Assembly: GCA_047495785.1 (NCBI GenBank)
Contig: JBLDXI010000033.1
Location: 434,001-498,000 of the forward strand
DNA: 64,000 nucleotides
Direction of reading: 5' to 3'
Source: Lepidodermella squamata
Taxonomy: Eukaryota; Animalia; Gastrotricha
Made by a program: the position numbers and the translations under genes. The notes beneath the pieces are model-generated. The model had not been told where the DNA came from. It made no database searches and saw nothing but the letters and a program-made list of their open reading frames with translations. Shown here piece after piece: positions 36,493-47,954 of the stretch. Within the stretch, counting starts at the first letter, position 1; every line of letters starts with the position of its first letter.

Positions 36493-37626
36493 ATGAATTA
36501 TTGGCTCGGCGCTTTAGTTCAGTCAATGCTCTTGTGTCACCACGCGTTTGCTGATCAGAAGACAGACGAGCTTTTACTAAAATGCCCACAGCTTGGGAAA
36601 GAGTCTTACACCCCTCACTGCCCTGACGGAGTAAGCTCACAAATTTACAGCGAGTCAATATGCAGCCAAACAGTGGTTCACTTGCGACTGAGCCTGGACG
36701 AATTTTACAACTTGGATGACCGTGAAGAAACACTTCACGTTACAGGCTCGCTGAGTTACAGCTGGGCATACACGTGTCGCGATTACTACCGCGAGGATGA
36801 CTTGGTTTTCTACCCGGATGTTAGCAGAATTTGGAGGCCATATTTCTATCATGCAAACGCGGCTAGAAACTTCGGACTGACCGGTGATGATTTCACGCAT
36901 AGATTAGTTGCAGAGGTGAAAAATCACAGCAGTTTATCATTCAAATATCAGAGTTATGGAATTTTCGAATCAACTTGCGGGCTCGATCTCACGGACTATC
37001 CATTCGATACCCAGCAGTGCGGCATTGTTTTTTCGATAGAAAGCTCAGATTTTTCAACGGCTGTTGGAGGTATTTCTCTAGAAGTTGCGGATGATTTTCT
37101 TAGTAAAGGCGACGGTTGGACCCTTGTAAATTGGACTCAACACGTAATGGACGAGCAGAACAATGACGCATCGTTTGTAGAGTTTCTATTCACCTTCAAA
37201 CGTATACCGTCTTACTACGTTTACAACCAAATGCTGCCGTCTTGCGTTCTTTCGAGCCTACAGATTTTCGCGTTCTTCATGCCGCCACACCTGCCGGATA
37301 GACCTGCTTTTTGTTTGACAATTCTTCTGGCACTTACTTTCGTTCAAGGAACTATTCTCGCTGATATTCCTGCGAAGCCTCGGAGGATATTCGTGATGAA
37401 TTATACAGATCTCACTGCCTTGTATTGCTGGTTTTGCACGATTCTGTCACTTATAGCGTGTGGTTACACTAGAGCGTGGTCACAGTATTTTCAAAAGGAT
37501 AAAATTACCCTTTGCATGATGTTCAAGGTCACGAGGGCAAGAATTTTTGATTGGGTTTCATCTTTCATCGTGATAATTTTGTTTTTAGCTTTGAACGCAT
37601 ACGCACTGTATGCTTCAAAATCATGA
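36493..37626 (+). CDS. Divergent intronless Cys-loop ligand-gated ion channel subunit (subgroup D)
   Basis: 377 aa; Cys-loop CGLDLTDYPFDTQQC; M2 PDRPAFCLTILLALTFVQ. Confidence 0.92.
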   Translation: MNYWLGALVQSMLLCHHAFADQKTDELLLKCPQLGKESYTPHCPDGVSSQIYSESICSQTVVHLRLSLDEFYNLDDREETLHVTGSLSYSWAYTCRDYYREDDLVFYPDVSRIWRPYFYHANAARNFGLTGDDFTHRLVAEVKNHSSLSFKYQSYGIFESTCGLDLTDYPFDTQQCGIVFSIESSDFSTAVGGISLEVADDFLSKGDGWTLVNWTQHVMDEQNNDASFVEFLFTFKRIPSYYVYNQMLPSCVLSSLQIFAFFMPPHLPDRPAFCLTILLALTFVQGTILADIPAKPRRIFVMNYTDLTALYCWFCTILSLIACGYTRAWSQYFQKDKITLCMMFKVTRARIFDWVSSFIVIILFLALNAYALYASKS

Positions 37627-38714
37627 CAATTTGCTGAAGAAGAATGATTTTAAATACAAAGAATAGCCTGAGGATCTTGAGGTTTTTTTAAGACTTAGAT
37701 CATTCGGCAATGTAACTGCAATGAGATCCTTTATCTACCTTCAAATGAATTCTCTTCATGTTCATGTGGTAAGGTCATCCTGGATTACCTAGAATTATCC
37801 ATTTGCAACTACATACATGGCTTCGTTTTTTTCGGTTGCTATTCTCAGAGTTTTTACACTATAAGAGCGAAGTTTAATTGTTCAGCTTATTTGGCAAAGA
37901 TTGCTATGACTCCTAAAGGCAATGCGTTGTTGAGGCCTTCCAAGTCATCTTGGAACCAATCCCGGAATGCCGCCCGAACGACAAGGTCGGCCTTTTCGGC
38001 ACTGGACACTTGTGGGGTAATTTTGGACACGACATTAGCATATTCATAATTGTCGGCATCTGTGCAGAACTTGAAACCTTTCCGAAAAATGCTCCCGGTC
38101 GAAATGCGATTTTAACATCGACCATTTTATGCGATGGACATATAGGAAATTGTATTTGAAGCGTTGTAACGTATAGCGGATAGTATTCGGCTGAATAGCT
38201 ATGGAGGCGCAGAAGTCTCCAAGCAATTGGCGATGATTCTCGACCATGGTGGATTTTCCGCTGAATCGAACTTGATCCGACGGCCAAAATTGCTTGGCCT
38301 GCTTGTTCCTGTGTCTTAGCTCCAAATCCTTCAACCTTTTTCATTATCTCGTAATTACGGAATAATAAAATGTAGTGGGTCGCGGGGGTGTTGGCGCCTC
38401 AGTTTTTTCGTGACTTTTTCAAATAAATCGAAAATGGGGGTGAATGCTGCCAAAATTTCGAACCATGACCTGAGTTTAAATCAGCCTGGATATCGTCTTG
38501 ATATCCTAGATCCTGGATCAAACAGCCCGGGAATAGCAGAACACATTCCGTGCTGTTTTACGGTCTATTTTCACTATGATCCGGAAAATGCTTTTAACTA
38601 CGTCGCTTTTCAGTCATTTTGCCCTAGGGCTCATTGGCTCTAGAGTTATATGTGTCTGGCGTTTTTTGTCGGAGTTGGCCTATTCAATCTGCTACTACAA
38701 AGGTTTCTGTCTGA

Positions 38715-38781
38715 AATTTGAGCATTCCACTCAAATTACCGTGAACTTTATTTACACTGGCTAGCTGTCACTCTGCAAACA
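38715..38781. promoter_or_regulatory. Conserved upstream element with an 8-bp inverted repeat (copy 2)
   Basis: aatttgag-N7-ctcaaatt (38715-38737) plus the downstream block shared with 33054-33125. Confidence 0.45.
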
Positions 38782-38884
38782 ATACTTAAACCCTTGTTTT
38801 GATATCGCTTCTTGTTTGCACAGCCTAGTTATTTCAAGGCGGTTAAGTTGAATTAATTTGATTCACTTCCATCATAGATTGAAA

Positions 38885-40021
38885 ATGCTGCGTTATGTTA
38901 CACTCTTTGCTTTAGTTTCCCTTGTTTCGGGTGGAGCAACCGATAGGGCAAATGAGATGCTTTCAATATGCCCTCAGGTCAGCCAAGAATCGTATGCTCC
39001 AAACTGCCCAGAGGGCATTGTGCCAACTAACGCGACTGGACCCCAATGTTTTCAAACTATCATCAATCTGTTTTTGAAACTTGACGAATTTTATGAAATC
39101 AAGGATAAGGAGGAGTCGCTTCATGTCTCTGGATCGATACTGCTAGATTGGACAGTAAACTGCCCAGGATACTCAAAGGCCGAAGGAGCAACATTCTACA
39201 TTGACCCTGATGTCTTTTGGCAGCCGGAAATATTTCATGCCAATGCAATGGAACTTTTCGGAATGACGGGCGATTCTTTCGCTAGGAGGTTTTGGGTCGA
39301 GGTTAAAAATGGTAGTCGACTCCATTTTTACTATCAAATATTCGGCGTTTTCGAGTCATCGTGCGCGCTTGATCTTACATACTACCCTTTCGATAAACAG
39401 GAATGTGGCTTGATTTTCTCGATCGAAAGCAATGATCTATCTACTGGCTTCGGATCAATCAAGTACCGCGTCCGTGACGGATTCATAAGCATGGGCGATG
39501 GCTGGGATTTCAAAGAGGCCAAAGTTGGGATAATGGACGAGGATGATGACCAGCGGAGTTTTGCGATATATTCGTACAAATTTCGCAGAAGTCCCGACTT
39601 CTATGTCTCGAGTTTAATGGCTCCATCGTTCCTTTTATCACTCCTACTATTGGCAATGTTCTGCATACCTCCGGAAGAAAGCGCTGACCGGGGAATTTTC
39701 TGCGTTTCAGTTCTAATTGCTATAACCTTAGTACAAGGGTTGATACTCGATGACATCCCGGATAAGCCGAAACGAATATTCATGGCCAACTATACGGATG
39801 CATGCGCTCTATGGGGATGGCTGATCTGCATTCACTGCTTAATCATCGTGCTCGTCTCTCGAATTCTGGGCAAGGGAAAGGAGCGAAAAATGACAATGGG
39901 GAAACTTTCGTTCACAGTGGTCGAATTCATTGATTTCATTGTCTTTATTGTTATGTTGATCATCTTCACTATTATCAATATTTATGCTATGGTTATTTCG
40001 CGTTACACGTACGACTGGTAG
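38885..40021 (+). CDS. Divergent intronless Cys-loop ligand-gated ion channel subunit (subgroup C)
   Basis: ATG 38885 (MLRYVTLFAL); Cys-loop CALDLTYYPFDKQEC; near-duplicate of the 33224 gene. Confidence 0.92.
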   Translation: MLRYVTLFALVSLVSGGATDRANEMLSICPQVSQESYAPNCPEGIVPTNATGPQCFQTIINLFLKLDEFYEIKDKEESLHVSGSILLDWTVNCPGYSKAEGATFYIDPDVFWQPEIFHANAMELFGMTGDSFARRFWVEVKNGSRLHFYYQIFGVFESSCALDLTYYPFDKQECGLIFSIESNDLSTGFGSIKYRVRDGFISMGDGWDFKEAKVGIMDEDDDQRSFAIYSYKFRRSPDFYVSSLMAPSFLLSLLLLAMFCIPPEESADRGIFCVSVLIAITLVQGLILDDIPDKPKRIFMANYTDACALWGWLICIHCLIIVLVSRILGKGKERKMTMGKLSFTVVEFIDFIVFIVMLIIFTIINIYAMVISRYTYDW

Positions 40022-40799
40022 ATGATGATTCAGAGGGAAACTTGTCACGCATAGACAATGATGTAACATCATTGTCTATGTTGTCACGGTTTCTTAGTGC
40101 TGGTTGAGGTATACTAACTCGCCAATCGCCAATTCAGTACTAATGCATATCTTCTTCAGTTTTGAATCTTAGTTACATTTTCTGGGCATAGAAAGCTGTC
40201 TCTGTTCTCCAGAATTTAACTTTCACTCAATGCATTTTGAGCTCGATTGTTTCGATTTTTCAAATCCAAAATTTCCGATGGTTCGGCAATTTTCAAATTC
40301 CGCCTTTTTTCGATAAATTTCGAATTTATAATATCCAAAATAAATCTCGATACCGACGTGAAATAGAACATAAAGCGAAGCTATAACGGCGATCGTTAGT
40401 TGATGGGGAAGCGTTGGAATTCTCGCAGTGCCAAAATCCAAAATTATCTTGCTTCAACATTTGTACGATTTTGCACTCCTGAATTCACCTGTAACGAAGA
40501 AACAGTTTTCAGCCCCCGGGAGGAAGTGTTTCGAGTTTTCGCCGTGATCATATTTGCCTAACAGCCGCACGTCTCATTATTCTTATGGACAAAAATTGAT
40601 GGAAAAGCAAACAATGCATTACCAACCGATTATCGATACAAGTGGTGCGACATTCAATGCGTCTGAATTCCGTGATGTGATGATGAATGGAGCATTCATT
40701 AAATATTAATGTGTTATTTTATCACCCAATGCAGCTTTGATTGTATTACATCAGCCAATGCTTTTAAATTATTGGGTCAGACGTAGTTCTCGTTTCAAC

Positions 40800-41945
40800 A
40801 TGCTATCGATTCAACCTTCTTCACTCAAAGTCGTCTACAGTTTAATTTTCTTACACTTCCTTGTAACAATCGAAGCTAGTGTAAGAACAGACGAGCTGGT
40901 AACAAAGTGCCCGCAAGTTGGCTCGGAGGCGTATACTCCAAATTGCCGAGATGGAAAATCAGAATCTTCCTCATGCTCGCAAACGATAATAGACCTCACT
41001 TTCAAGTTAGAAGAATTCTACGAGTTGGACGACAAAGAAGAGACCCTGCACGTCTCGGGCTCTCTCAGCTTGAAATGGTCATGCTCATGTCCCGATTACT
41101 ACCAAGCAAGTGGTCTGATTTTCTACCCCGATTTCGCCGCTGTTTGGAAGCCTTATTTCTACCACTCGAATGCTGTAAGAAATTTCGGCATGACGGGTGA
41201 TGATTTCACATCTCGTTTCTGGGTAACCGTTACAAATCACACCGGCGTTCAATTTAACCTTCAGACTTTCGGCATTTTCGATTCAACGTGCAACCTCGAC
41301 TTGTCCTACTATCCATTCGATAGTCAGCAATGCAGCATCATTTTTTCCATCGAGAGCTCAGACGCTTCTACAGGCCTCGGAAAGGTTGATCTGGAAATGT
41401 CTAAAAAGTTCCTCGGTCAAGGCGACGGTTGGTCTCTTATCGGCCTCAAGTTCGGAGAAATTGAGGATTCCGACACTGAAGCTTCGGTTGCGGAATACAA
41501 ATTCAACTTCAAGAGAATTCCGTCGTTCTATATCTACAACCAGATGCTACCATCTTGTATTTTAGCTAGTCTGGAGATCTTCGCGTTTCTCATGCCGCCT
41601 TACTTGCCTGATAGACCAATGTTCTCCGTGACGATCTTACTTGCGCTGACGTTTGTACAAGGAAGCATTTTGACCGATGTCCCAGCTAAACCAAGACGAA
41701 TTTTTGTCCTAAATTACACAGATTTTACCGCGCTGCTTTCCTGGGCCTGTACAATATTCATGTTAGCAAGCTGTTGCTACTCAAGGTCATGGCCCAAGTA
41801 CTTCCGGCAAGATGAAATCAATCATGGTCGCGTGAAAATAAGTCGCGCTCGGCTTGTTGACTTTGTCGCTTTTTTGCTTGTGATTACGTTGTTCCTGGCA
41901 ATCAATTTTTACGCGATCGGCGTAGCAAAATCACAGGGATTCTAG
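40800..41945 (+). CDS. Divergent intronless Cys-loop ligand-gated ion channel subunit (subgroup D)
   Basis: Likely ATG 40800 (alternative 40758); Cys-loop CNLDLSYYPFDSQQC; M2 PDRPMFSVTILLALTFVQ. Confidence 0.9.
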   Translation: MLSIQPSSLKVVYSLIFLHFLVTIEASVRTDELVTKCPQVGSEAYTPNCRDGKSESSSCSQTIIDLTFKLEEFYELDDKEETLHVSGSLSLKWSCSCPDYYQASGLIFYPDFAAVWKPYFYHSNAVRNFGMTGDDFTSRFWVTVTNHTGVQFNLQTFGIFDSTCNLDLSYYPFDSQQCSIIFSIESSDASTGLGKVDLEMSKKFLGQGDGWSLIGLKFGEIEDSDTEASVAEYKFNFKRIPSFYIYNQMLPSCILASLEIFAFLMPPYLPDRPMFSVTILLALTFVQGSILTDVPAKPRRIFVLNYTDFTALLSWACTIFMLASCCYSRSWPKYFRQDEINHGRVKISRARLVDFVAFLLVITLFLAINFYAIGVAKSQGF

Positions 41946-42077
41946 TAAATTCCCATACGCTTGTTACCGCGCGCCTGCGGGCTAAATTATTTACTGAGTC
42001 AATATGTGATGTGGTCTAAAAAATCGCTAGACAAAAAATACCAAAACGATAAAATTTGTTTCCAGGTTTAATAGGAT

Positions 42078-43202
42078 ATGGATAAATCAATTGTTCTGAA
42101 ACTAGCTCTTTTTTGTCTACAACTAGTTAAACTAGACGGAAGTCGAACCGAAGAGCTTCTAAATCTTTGCCCTGATCTCAGCCGGGAGTCCTACACACCC
42201 CATTGCCCTGATGGCATGGAAACCTCTAATCACCCCTGCACTCAAACTTTGGTTAATGTCCTACTCCGATTAGATCAGTTCGACCATCTCGATGATAGAG
42301 CCGAGTCGATTACATTCGCTGGACTTATCGAGATAGATTGGGACGTAAACTGCGCCGACTATTCTAAGGAAGAAGGGGTTATTTTTAACCCAGACCAGGA
42401 CAAGTTCTGGCAGCCCTATCTGTACCACACGAACGCAATGACTAATTTCGGAATGACCGGGGACGATTTCACCTCTCGCTTTTGGGTCAAAGTGAAGAAC
42501 CAAAGCACGCTAAATTTTCACTTTCTGCGATTCGGAGTCTTTGAATCAATCTGCCCATTGAATTTAGCTAACTATCCTTTCGATAATCAAGAGTGTGAAG
42601 TTGTGTTTTCTCTTGAGAGTCTCGACACTGCTACTGCATTTGGTCGGATCAATCGCCACGTCTCTAAGAGCTTCATCGGAGAAAGTGATGGCTGGTGGCT
42701 GTCTAATGCAAGCCATCAAATTGTCGATGATGCAGATGACGAGCGAAGTTTGGTGTCGTACAAGTTCCTTTTCAAAAGGAACCCGTCTTTCTTCGTTTAC
42801 AGTCAGATGTTGCCGTCACTCGTGCTGTCAAGTTTGGAACTTACCGCCTTTCTGTTGCCTCCAAGCAGCCCCGATAGGCCTATGTTTGCCCTTACCATAC
42901 TTTTGGCTCTAACCTTCGTACAGGGCTCTATTTTGAACGACATTCCAGAGAAACCAATCCGAATTTTCATTGTGAATTATACGGATTTTTCGGCTCTTTG
43001 GTCATGGGCCTGTACTATCTATGCGCTGTTCAGCAACTGGTGGACTATGACTTGGCGGACTTTTTTCAGAAGCAAACGAGTCAAAGTAGGATGCATGGAG
43101 ATAACTAAATGCCGTTTGGTTGACATGTTCGTTTTTATTTTGTTTTTACTCGCATTCATCCTTATCAATGTCTATGCACTCCAAACTTCAACAAATCAGT
43201 AA
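42078..43202 (+). CDS. Divergent intronless Cys-loop ligand-gated ion channel subunit (subgroup D)
   Basis: 374 aa; Cys-loop CPLNLANYPFDNQEC; M2 PDRPMFALTILLALTFVQ. Confidence 0.92.
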   Translation: MDKSIVLKLALFCLQLVKLDGSRTEELLNLCPDLSRESYTPHCPDGMETSNHPCTQTLVNVLLRLDQFDHLDDRAESITFAGLIEIDWDVNCADYSKEEGVIFNPDQDKFWQPYLYHTNAMTNFGMTGDDFTSRFWVKVKNQSTLNFHFLRFGVFESICPLNLANYPFDNQECEVVFSLESLDTATAFGRINRHVSKSFIGESDGWWLSNASHQIVDDADDERSLVSYKFLFKRNPSFFVYSQMLPSLVLSSLELTAFLLPPSSPDRPMFALTILLALTFVQGSILNDIPEKPIRIFIVNYTDFSALWSWACTIYALFSNWWTMTWRTFFRSKRVKVGCMEITKCRLVDMFVFILFLLAFILINVYALQTSTNQ

Positions 43203-43605
43203 CCTGTTTGCCGCGTTTTCAACCCTGGTTGCTTTGGTATGAATTCGAAAATTAATTCCTGATCATTTTCCTCGGTGATATTCGGTGCAAATTTAAAAAT
43301 AAAATCATATGAATTTAACGATTGCGTCATATCATATACAATTTTCGAAGAGATGTATGGTGTATAGTTCTGCGATCACAGGGGGAAGTTTCGGAATCAG
43401 TCAAAAATCTGATTGAGACCAGCAATTTTGAGAGTAACTTGAAAGCCTAAATCAAATAAAATCCGGCCTGTAAATATAGATCATTCCCTGCTTAGCATTA
43501 AATTCCTCAGCATCCGATTCCGATTCCGAGTGCATGAGTAAATAGTAACTGTCATTTATGGACATTCTCCTGCCATCGTTGTTGTCGCAGAAATTAGATT
43601 GAAAA

Positions 43606-44736
43606 ATGATCACACTCGCAGTTTTATTAGCGCTGGTACCCGAGGCTTCTTCCTTGGCTTCGATTTTACTGTCAAATTGTACAAGCTTCTCCACGGAAAT
43701 CTACGCCCCGTTGTGTCCCGAGGCAGAGGTGCTTCCAGAAGAGCGCGATGAAGGATACTTGTGTCAGGCGACTAAAGTTAACCTACTTCTACTCCCCGAG
43801 AGATTTCATGGAATCGACGATGTTGTCGAGACACTTACGCTATCAACCGCGATAAGTTTCACATGGGAGCTGCCCTGCTCGAGTCAGAATTTCAAACTAG
43901 GAACTGTGATCGAAGTTGATGATTCCTACATATGGCGGCCTAACATCAACCACAAAAACGCCTACGATGACTTTGGCATGACCAACGGATGGACTAATAA
44001 GTTTCACGCTGATGTGAAGCGGAATAGTGTCGTAGGATTCACGTGGATGCGGTCGGGCATTATCATGTCCACATGCGACCTAGACTACGCAAAATACCCA
44101 TTCGATCAAAACACGTGCATGATTCAGTTGTACATTGGCGAGATGAGGTCCGCAGCAATTTTCGGCGAAGTGAAAATTGAATTCCAACCAGACTTCATGC
44201 CACCATCTGCTAGTTGGGATTTCAAGTCATCAAACACTTCAAAGTCATCGATCGACTTGCATGGTTTAAGGAGTCTGGCTACCATTTCAATGACTTTTAA
44301 AAGAAAGCCATCGTACCCTTTGATTAATCTCGTATGCCCTATCATTTTTCTGGCCGTTCTTGTTCTTTGCTCTATCTTTCTACCGAGTGGTAATGTAGAT
44401 AGGCCTGTATTCAATATGACTATCCTGCTTGCACTGTCATTTCTAAGAGAGAGTGTCCTCTCAAGAATCCCCGCTCGGCCGGAGCGATCTTTACTTGGAA
44501 ATTATGTTGATGATTGCTTGATTGCGTCATGGGCTTGTACGACCTATGCCCTTATCAGTTGCTGGCTTTTCAGTAATTGGCGAGATTGGTTTAGAGAATC
44601 GACTATTTTTTCATTGAAAATCCCTTTCACTAGAGGCTGTATTGTGGACATAATCATGTACGGTAGTGCCGTTGCGTACTACGTCACCGCGAACGTCAGA
44701 TTTGGGAGCGTGGCTAAAGAGGCGGGTTATATGTAA
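43606..44736 (+). CDS. Divergent intronless Cys-loop ligand-gated ion channel subunit (subgroup E)
   Basis: 376 aa; Cys-loop CDLDYAKYPFDQNTC; M2 VDRPVFNMTILLALSFLR. Confidence 0.92.
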   Translation: MITLAVLLALVPEASSLASILLSNCTSFSTEIYAPLCPEAEVLPEERDEGYLCQATKVNLLLLPERFHGIDDVVETLTLSTAISFTWELPCSSQNFKLGTVIEVDDSYIWRPNINHKNAYDDFGMTNGWTNKFHADVKRNSVVGFTWMRSGIIMSTCDLDYAKYPFDQNTCMIQLYIGEMRSAAIFGEVKIEFQPDFMPPSASWDFKSSNTSKSSIDLHGLRSLATISMTFKRKPSYPLINLVCPIIFLAVLVLCSIFLPSGNVDRPVFNMTILLALSFLRESVLSRIPARPERSLLGNYVDDCLIASWACTTYALISCWLFSNWRDWFRESTIFSLKIPFTRGCIVDIIMYGSAVAYYVTANVRFGSVAKEAGYM

Positions 44737-44900
44737 TTATTGACTTATGAGAAATAAACATTTCATACATTAATTTTACATTGATTAAGCGGATTCCTGC
44801 ATTTCCCGGTATGATAACAGAGTAAACAGAGAAGCTCCTATGAGAATCTCCTATAAAAGCTAAATCACAGATTACAACTGAAAGATCATCTTTTTTGACG

Positions 44901-46046
44901 ATGTCCTATCTAATCCTGATAGTATTGTTGTTTTGCACTTCCCGAGCGTCGAATGCTCAAAGAGCTTCCAGTCTGCTCCTGGATAAATGCCCCCAGCTAT
45001 CATTCGAATCTTACGCTCCGCTTTGCCCTGAAACGTATCTAAACGTATCGCAGCGAGGTCCAAATTACATATGCCGCGTGACTAATGTCAATTTCAGAAT
45101 GATTGCGACCAGATTCCACTATATTGACGATGTCGCCGAGTCGATGGCCATAGCTGGGACCATGCGCCTCGAATGGACGGTGCCGTGCCAGAATCATGGT
45201 TTCAAAAAGGGGCAGTCGATGAATTTAGATCCCGTAACATTCTGGCAGCCAACTATCACCCACAAAAACGCTATAGAAGACTTTGGACTAACTCAAGGCT
45301 TTACCGTTCGATTTTTTGGAGAGATCCTACCGAGCAATGCAGTTGTTCTCACGTGGTCCAAGTCTGGTCTGTTCCGATCGTGGTGTGATTTAGACATCAC
45401 TAGTTTCCCCTTCGACTACAACACATGCTATATCAATTTTTATGCAGAAGAAGCCGTTTATGCCGTAGCTTTTTCGAAGTTATATTTCACCTTGGGTGCT
45501 GAATTCATTTCAGTATCCGACAGCTGGCAGGTCATCTCCTACAAATCTTCAAATTCTCTATTTAGATTAAATGGCAACCGCAGTGCCGTCTCATTTCAAA
45601 TCGACTTCAGACGCAAGCCGGATTTTTATGTTTACCAGCTGATGTTGCCGATTTGTTTCTTGACCCTTCTTGAAACTTTCACTTTTTTCCTGTCATTCGG
45701 TTCATCAGATAGGCCAACCTTCACAGTTACTATTCTACTAGCTCTGTCTTTTCTTCGAGCCTCGGTTTTGGACAAAGTACCAATTAGGCCGCAAAGGTCC
45801 TTCATTGTGAACTATGTCGACTTCTGCACTGCAATAGCTTGGTTCTGTACGGCCTATTCCCTGTTCACTTGCTGGATGATGAGGCGATTCCGAGTATGGC
45901 TCGAGCAGAATATTTCAAATTTCTCAAAAACACCGATTGATCGCCTAATGGTTCTGGATTGTACAGTGTATGTTGTAGTCGTAACGGGTTTCATTGCTGC
46001 GAATGCCTACGCTCTCCGCGTTGCGGATGAGTCGAATTTCATTTAA
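44901..46046 (+). CDS. Divergent intronless Cys-loop ligand-gated ion channel subunit (subgroup E)
   Basis: ATG 44901; Cys-loop CDLDITSFPFDYNTC; M2 SDRPTFTVTILLALSFLR. Confidence 0.92.
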   Translation: MSYLILIVLLFCTSRASNAQRASSLLLDKCPQLSFESYAPLCPETYLNVSQRGPNYICRVTNVNFRMIATRFHYIDDVAESMAIAGTMRLEWTVPCQNHGFKKGQSMNLDPVTFWQPTITHKNAIEDFGLTQGFTVRFFGEILPSNAVVLTWSKSGLFRSWCDLDITSFPFDYNTCYINFYAEEAVYAVAFSKLYFTLGAEFISVSDSWQVISYKSSNSLFRLNGNRSAVSFQIDFRRKPDFYVYQLMLPICFLTLLETFTFFLSFGSSDRPTFTVTILLALSFLRASVLDKVPIRPQRSFIVNYVDFCTAIAWFCTAYSLFTCWMMRRFRVWLEQNISNFSKTPIDRLMVLDCTVYVVVVTGFIAANAYALRVADESNFI

Positions 46047-46227
46047 CTCGGTTATTTACGCCAGACGTGAGCTGTCAAGCTCCATATCAGACCTTTATCC
46101 CAATAAATTAAACTATGAATGTAAATTCTTCACATGCAGTACGACTAAGGATGAACAGTAAGGTTTCACTGCTGGGATGAAGGATGAAGGGTACGAGTTT
46201 ATTGACAGAAAATTGATAGTCAAGTTG

Positions 46228-47599
46228 CTAAACCATGGCTTGGAGCCATAAGCGATTTAAAACCGAGAGTTCTGGCCATATTTCACAAAACTGATAGTGA
46301 CATTGTCTATTGAAAACTGTGACAAGAGCCAATTTTGAGCGCAGTCGTTTAAGCTGGTTCGCCTTCATTAATGATTCACATATATTTTAGCCATTACAAA
46401 ATTGATGTTGGACATACCCGAGTTCCGCCGAATTCGTTGTTTGGCTGTATCGCTGAAATCGCGAATTCTATCGCTCGAGTCATGGCATCGACTTGTTCTG
46501 TATCTTCCAACATGTCAGCAGTGCAACCTTCAATTACAAAGGATTGAAATAGAACGAGGATTTGTAGTTATATTGCTACTTTCATAGAAGAGAAATGCGC
46601 CAAGTAACGCTGCTTCCAAGCGGCTAAGCCTCAGTTCGACAATCTCAGCCTGAATTTGCTTGCTGTTAGCTGCGGCTGACTGCAATAGAGTAATTCCTTC
46701 ATATTAAAAGTATGCAGAATGAATCAAACCTCGAAAAACGGGAAATGACTCAGAAAAGTAGTAACGTTCTGGTGACAAAGTCCAAAGCCGGGTATACCGT
46801 TACTGCACCGCCAGAGTTGAGCTACGGGCAAAAGGGATTTTCCGAATAGCTTGCAACGATCATTCAATGGTATTCGCGAATATCCTATGTTCAAAAAAGT
46901 AAGAAAAGAGGAGAAGGCAGTTGCGACGTAGATAAGCCCACCTGGCAAGCGTTTCATGTAGGAGACCGCAATTATAACCAAGCAAGAGTAATTCTCCATG
47001 GTAACATTCCAACAATCCGCTGGATTATTGGCCGAAAGAAGCTTTCGACCGGTGGTCAGCGGAAGCTACGATGATGTGGGATATTATTTGCGATTAATTA
47101 TACAAAGGACTCACGGTCCCGATTGGAGAGAGAGAATCAAACGCAGCGGTGACTTCGTTGATTGTAGCTTCAGCATTCATTGCATCGAAATTTGTAGGCG
47201 TCGAAACGAGATAGCACATATCTCTCACCCCTGTTTGAGGAAATCAGAATGCTAATGACAATTTCAACCCGAAAACTTGCCCTCTTCAAGTCGTTTCCTT
47301 TCTTCTATTTTTGTCCCATGTTTCATCCCGACGTCGTAACACTTGGCTAAGCGGCAGTAGGAGCAAATTTCCTGTCGGGCGTTGATGGATCGAGCAAGGC
47401 TACAATTTCCACCTCCTGTTAAACACTCGAGCTGTCCAGCTTTCTTGTGATTCCTGGTGAAGAATTTCTTGCAAGCGTCGCAAACTTGCGCGCCATACCG
47501 TATTCTACCATCGGTACCCTGCGAGCAAACCTTGAACAAAAAAAGTTGGGTCAACGCCGGCTACAAAAGAAAAGTAGAAAAAACCTCGCACTCAGACAT
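46228..47599 (-). CDS. Divergent nuclear hormone receptor (multi-exon), copy 1
   Basis: Spliced MSECE|VCSQGTDGRIRYGAQVCDACKKFFTRN..CLTGGGNC..CSYCRLAKCYDVGM (two C4 zinc fingers); LBD signature SYMKRLPG|YSRIPLNDRCKLF; last exon ends LWLQAMV-stop. Confidence 0.85.
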
Positions 47600-47954
47600 A
47601 GTTGAGATTCTTGATTTTCTTGATGTCAGCATACTTGTTTTCCGATTTAATTTATTCAGAGAGTAACTTCAGACAGCCACTGTGCGGAATGCAATTTTGC
47701 GATCAGTTTCATTTTATCCTTCAACTTTTCGTTATTAGATGTGACAAGTGAGTCATGGTTTGAAAATAAAAATAACACATTAGCAATGCTTCTAATTCTA
47801 TGCGGCTGTCAATCGAAGGTTAATCGGGCAACCACGCATCGCGCAAAGGTTCGGAGAGGGATGAAACCATAATAACAATTCAGGACAGCAAGATCAGGTC
47901 ACAATTCGAAGAATCTCTGCATATGCAAAGCGGCCATTATAGGTAAGCACTTTG

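Noticed and set aside
37913-38344. Overlapping ORFs of 143, 96 and 69 aa between receptor genes
   Set aside because: No recognisable motif; may be a decayed transposon fragment but cannot be supported.
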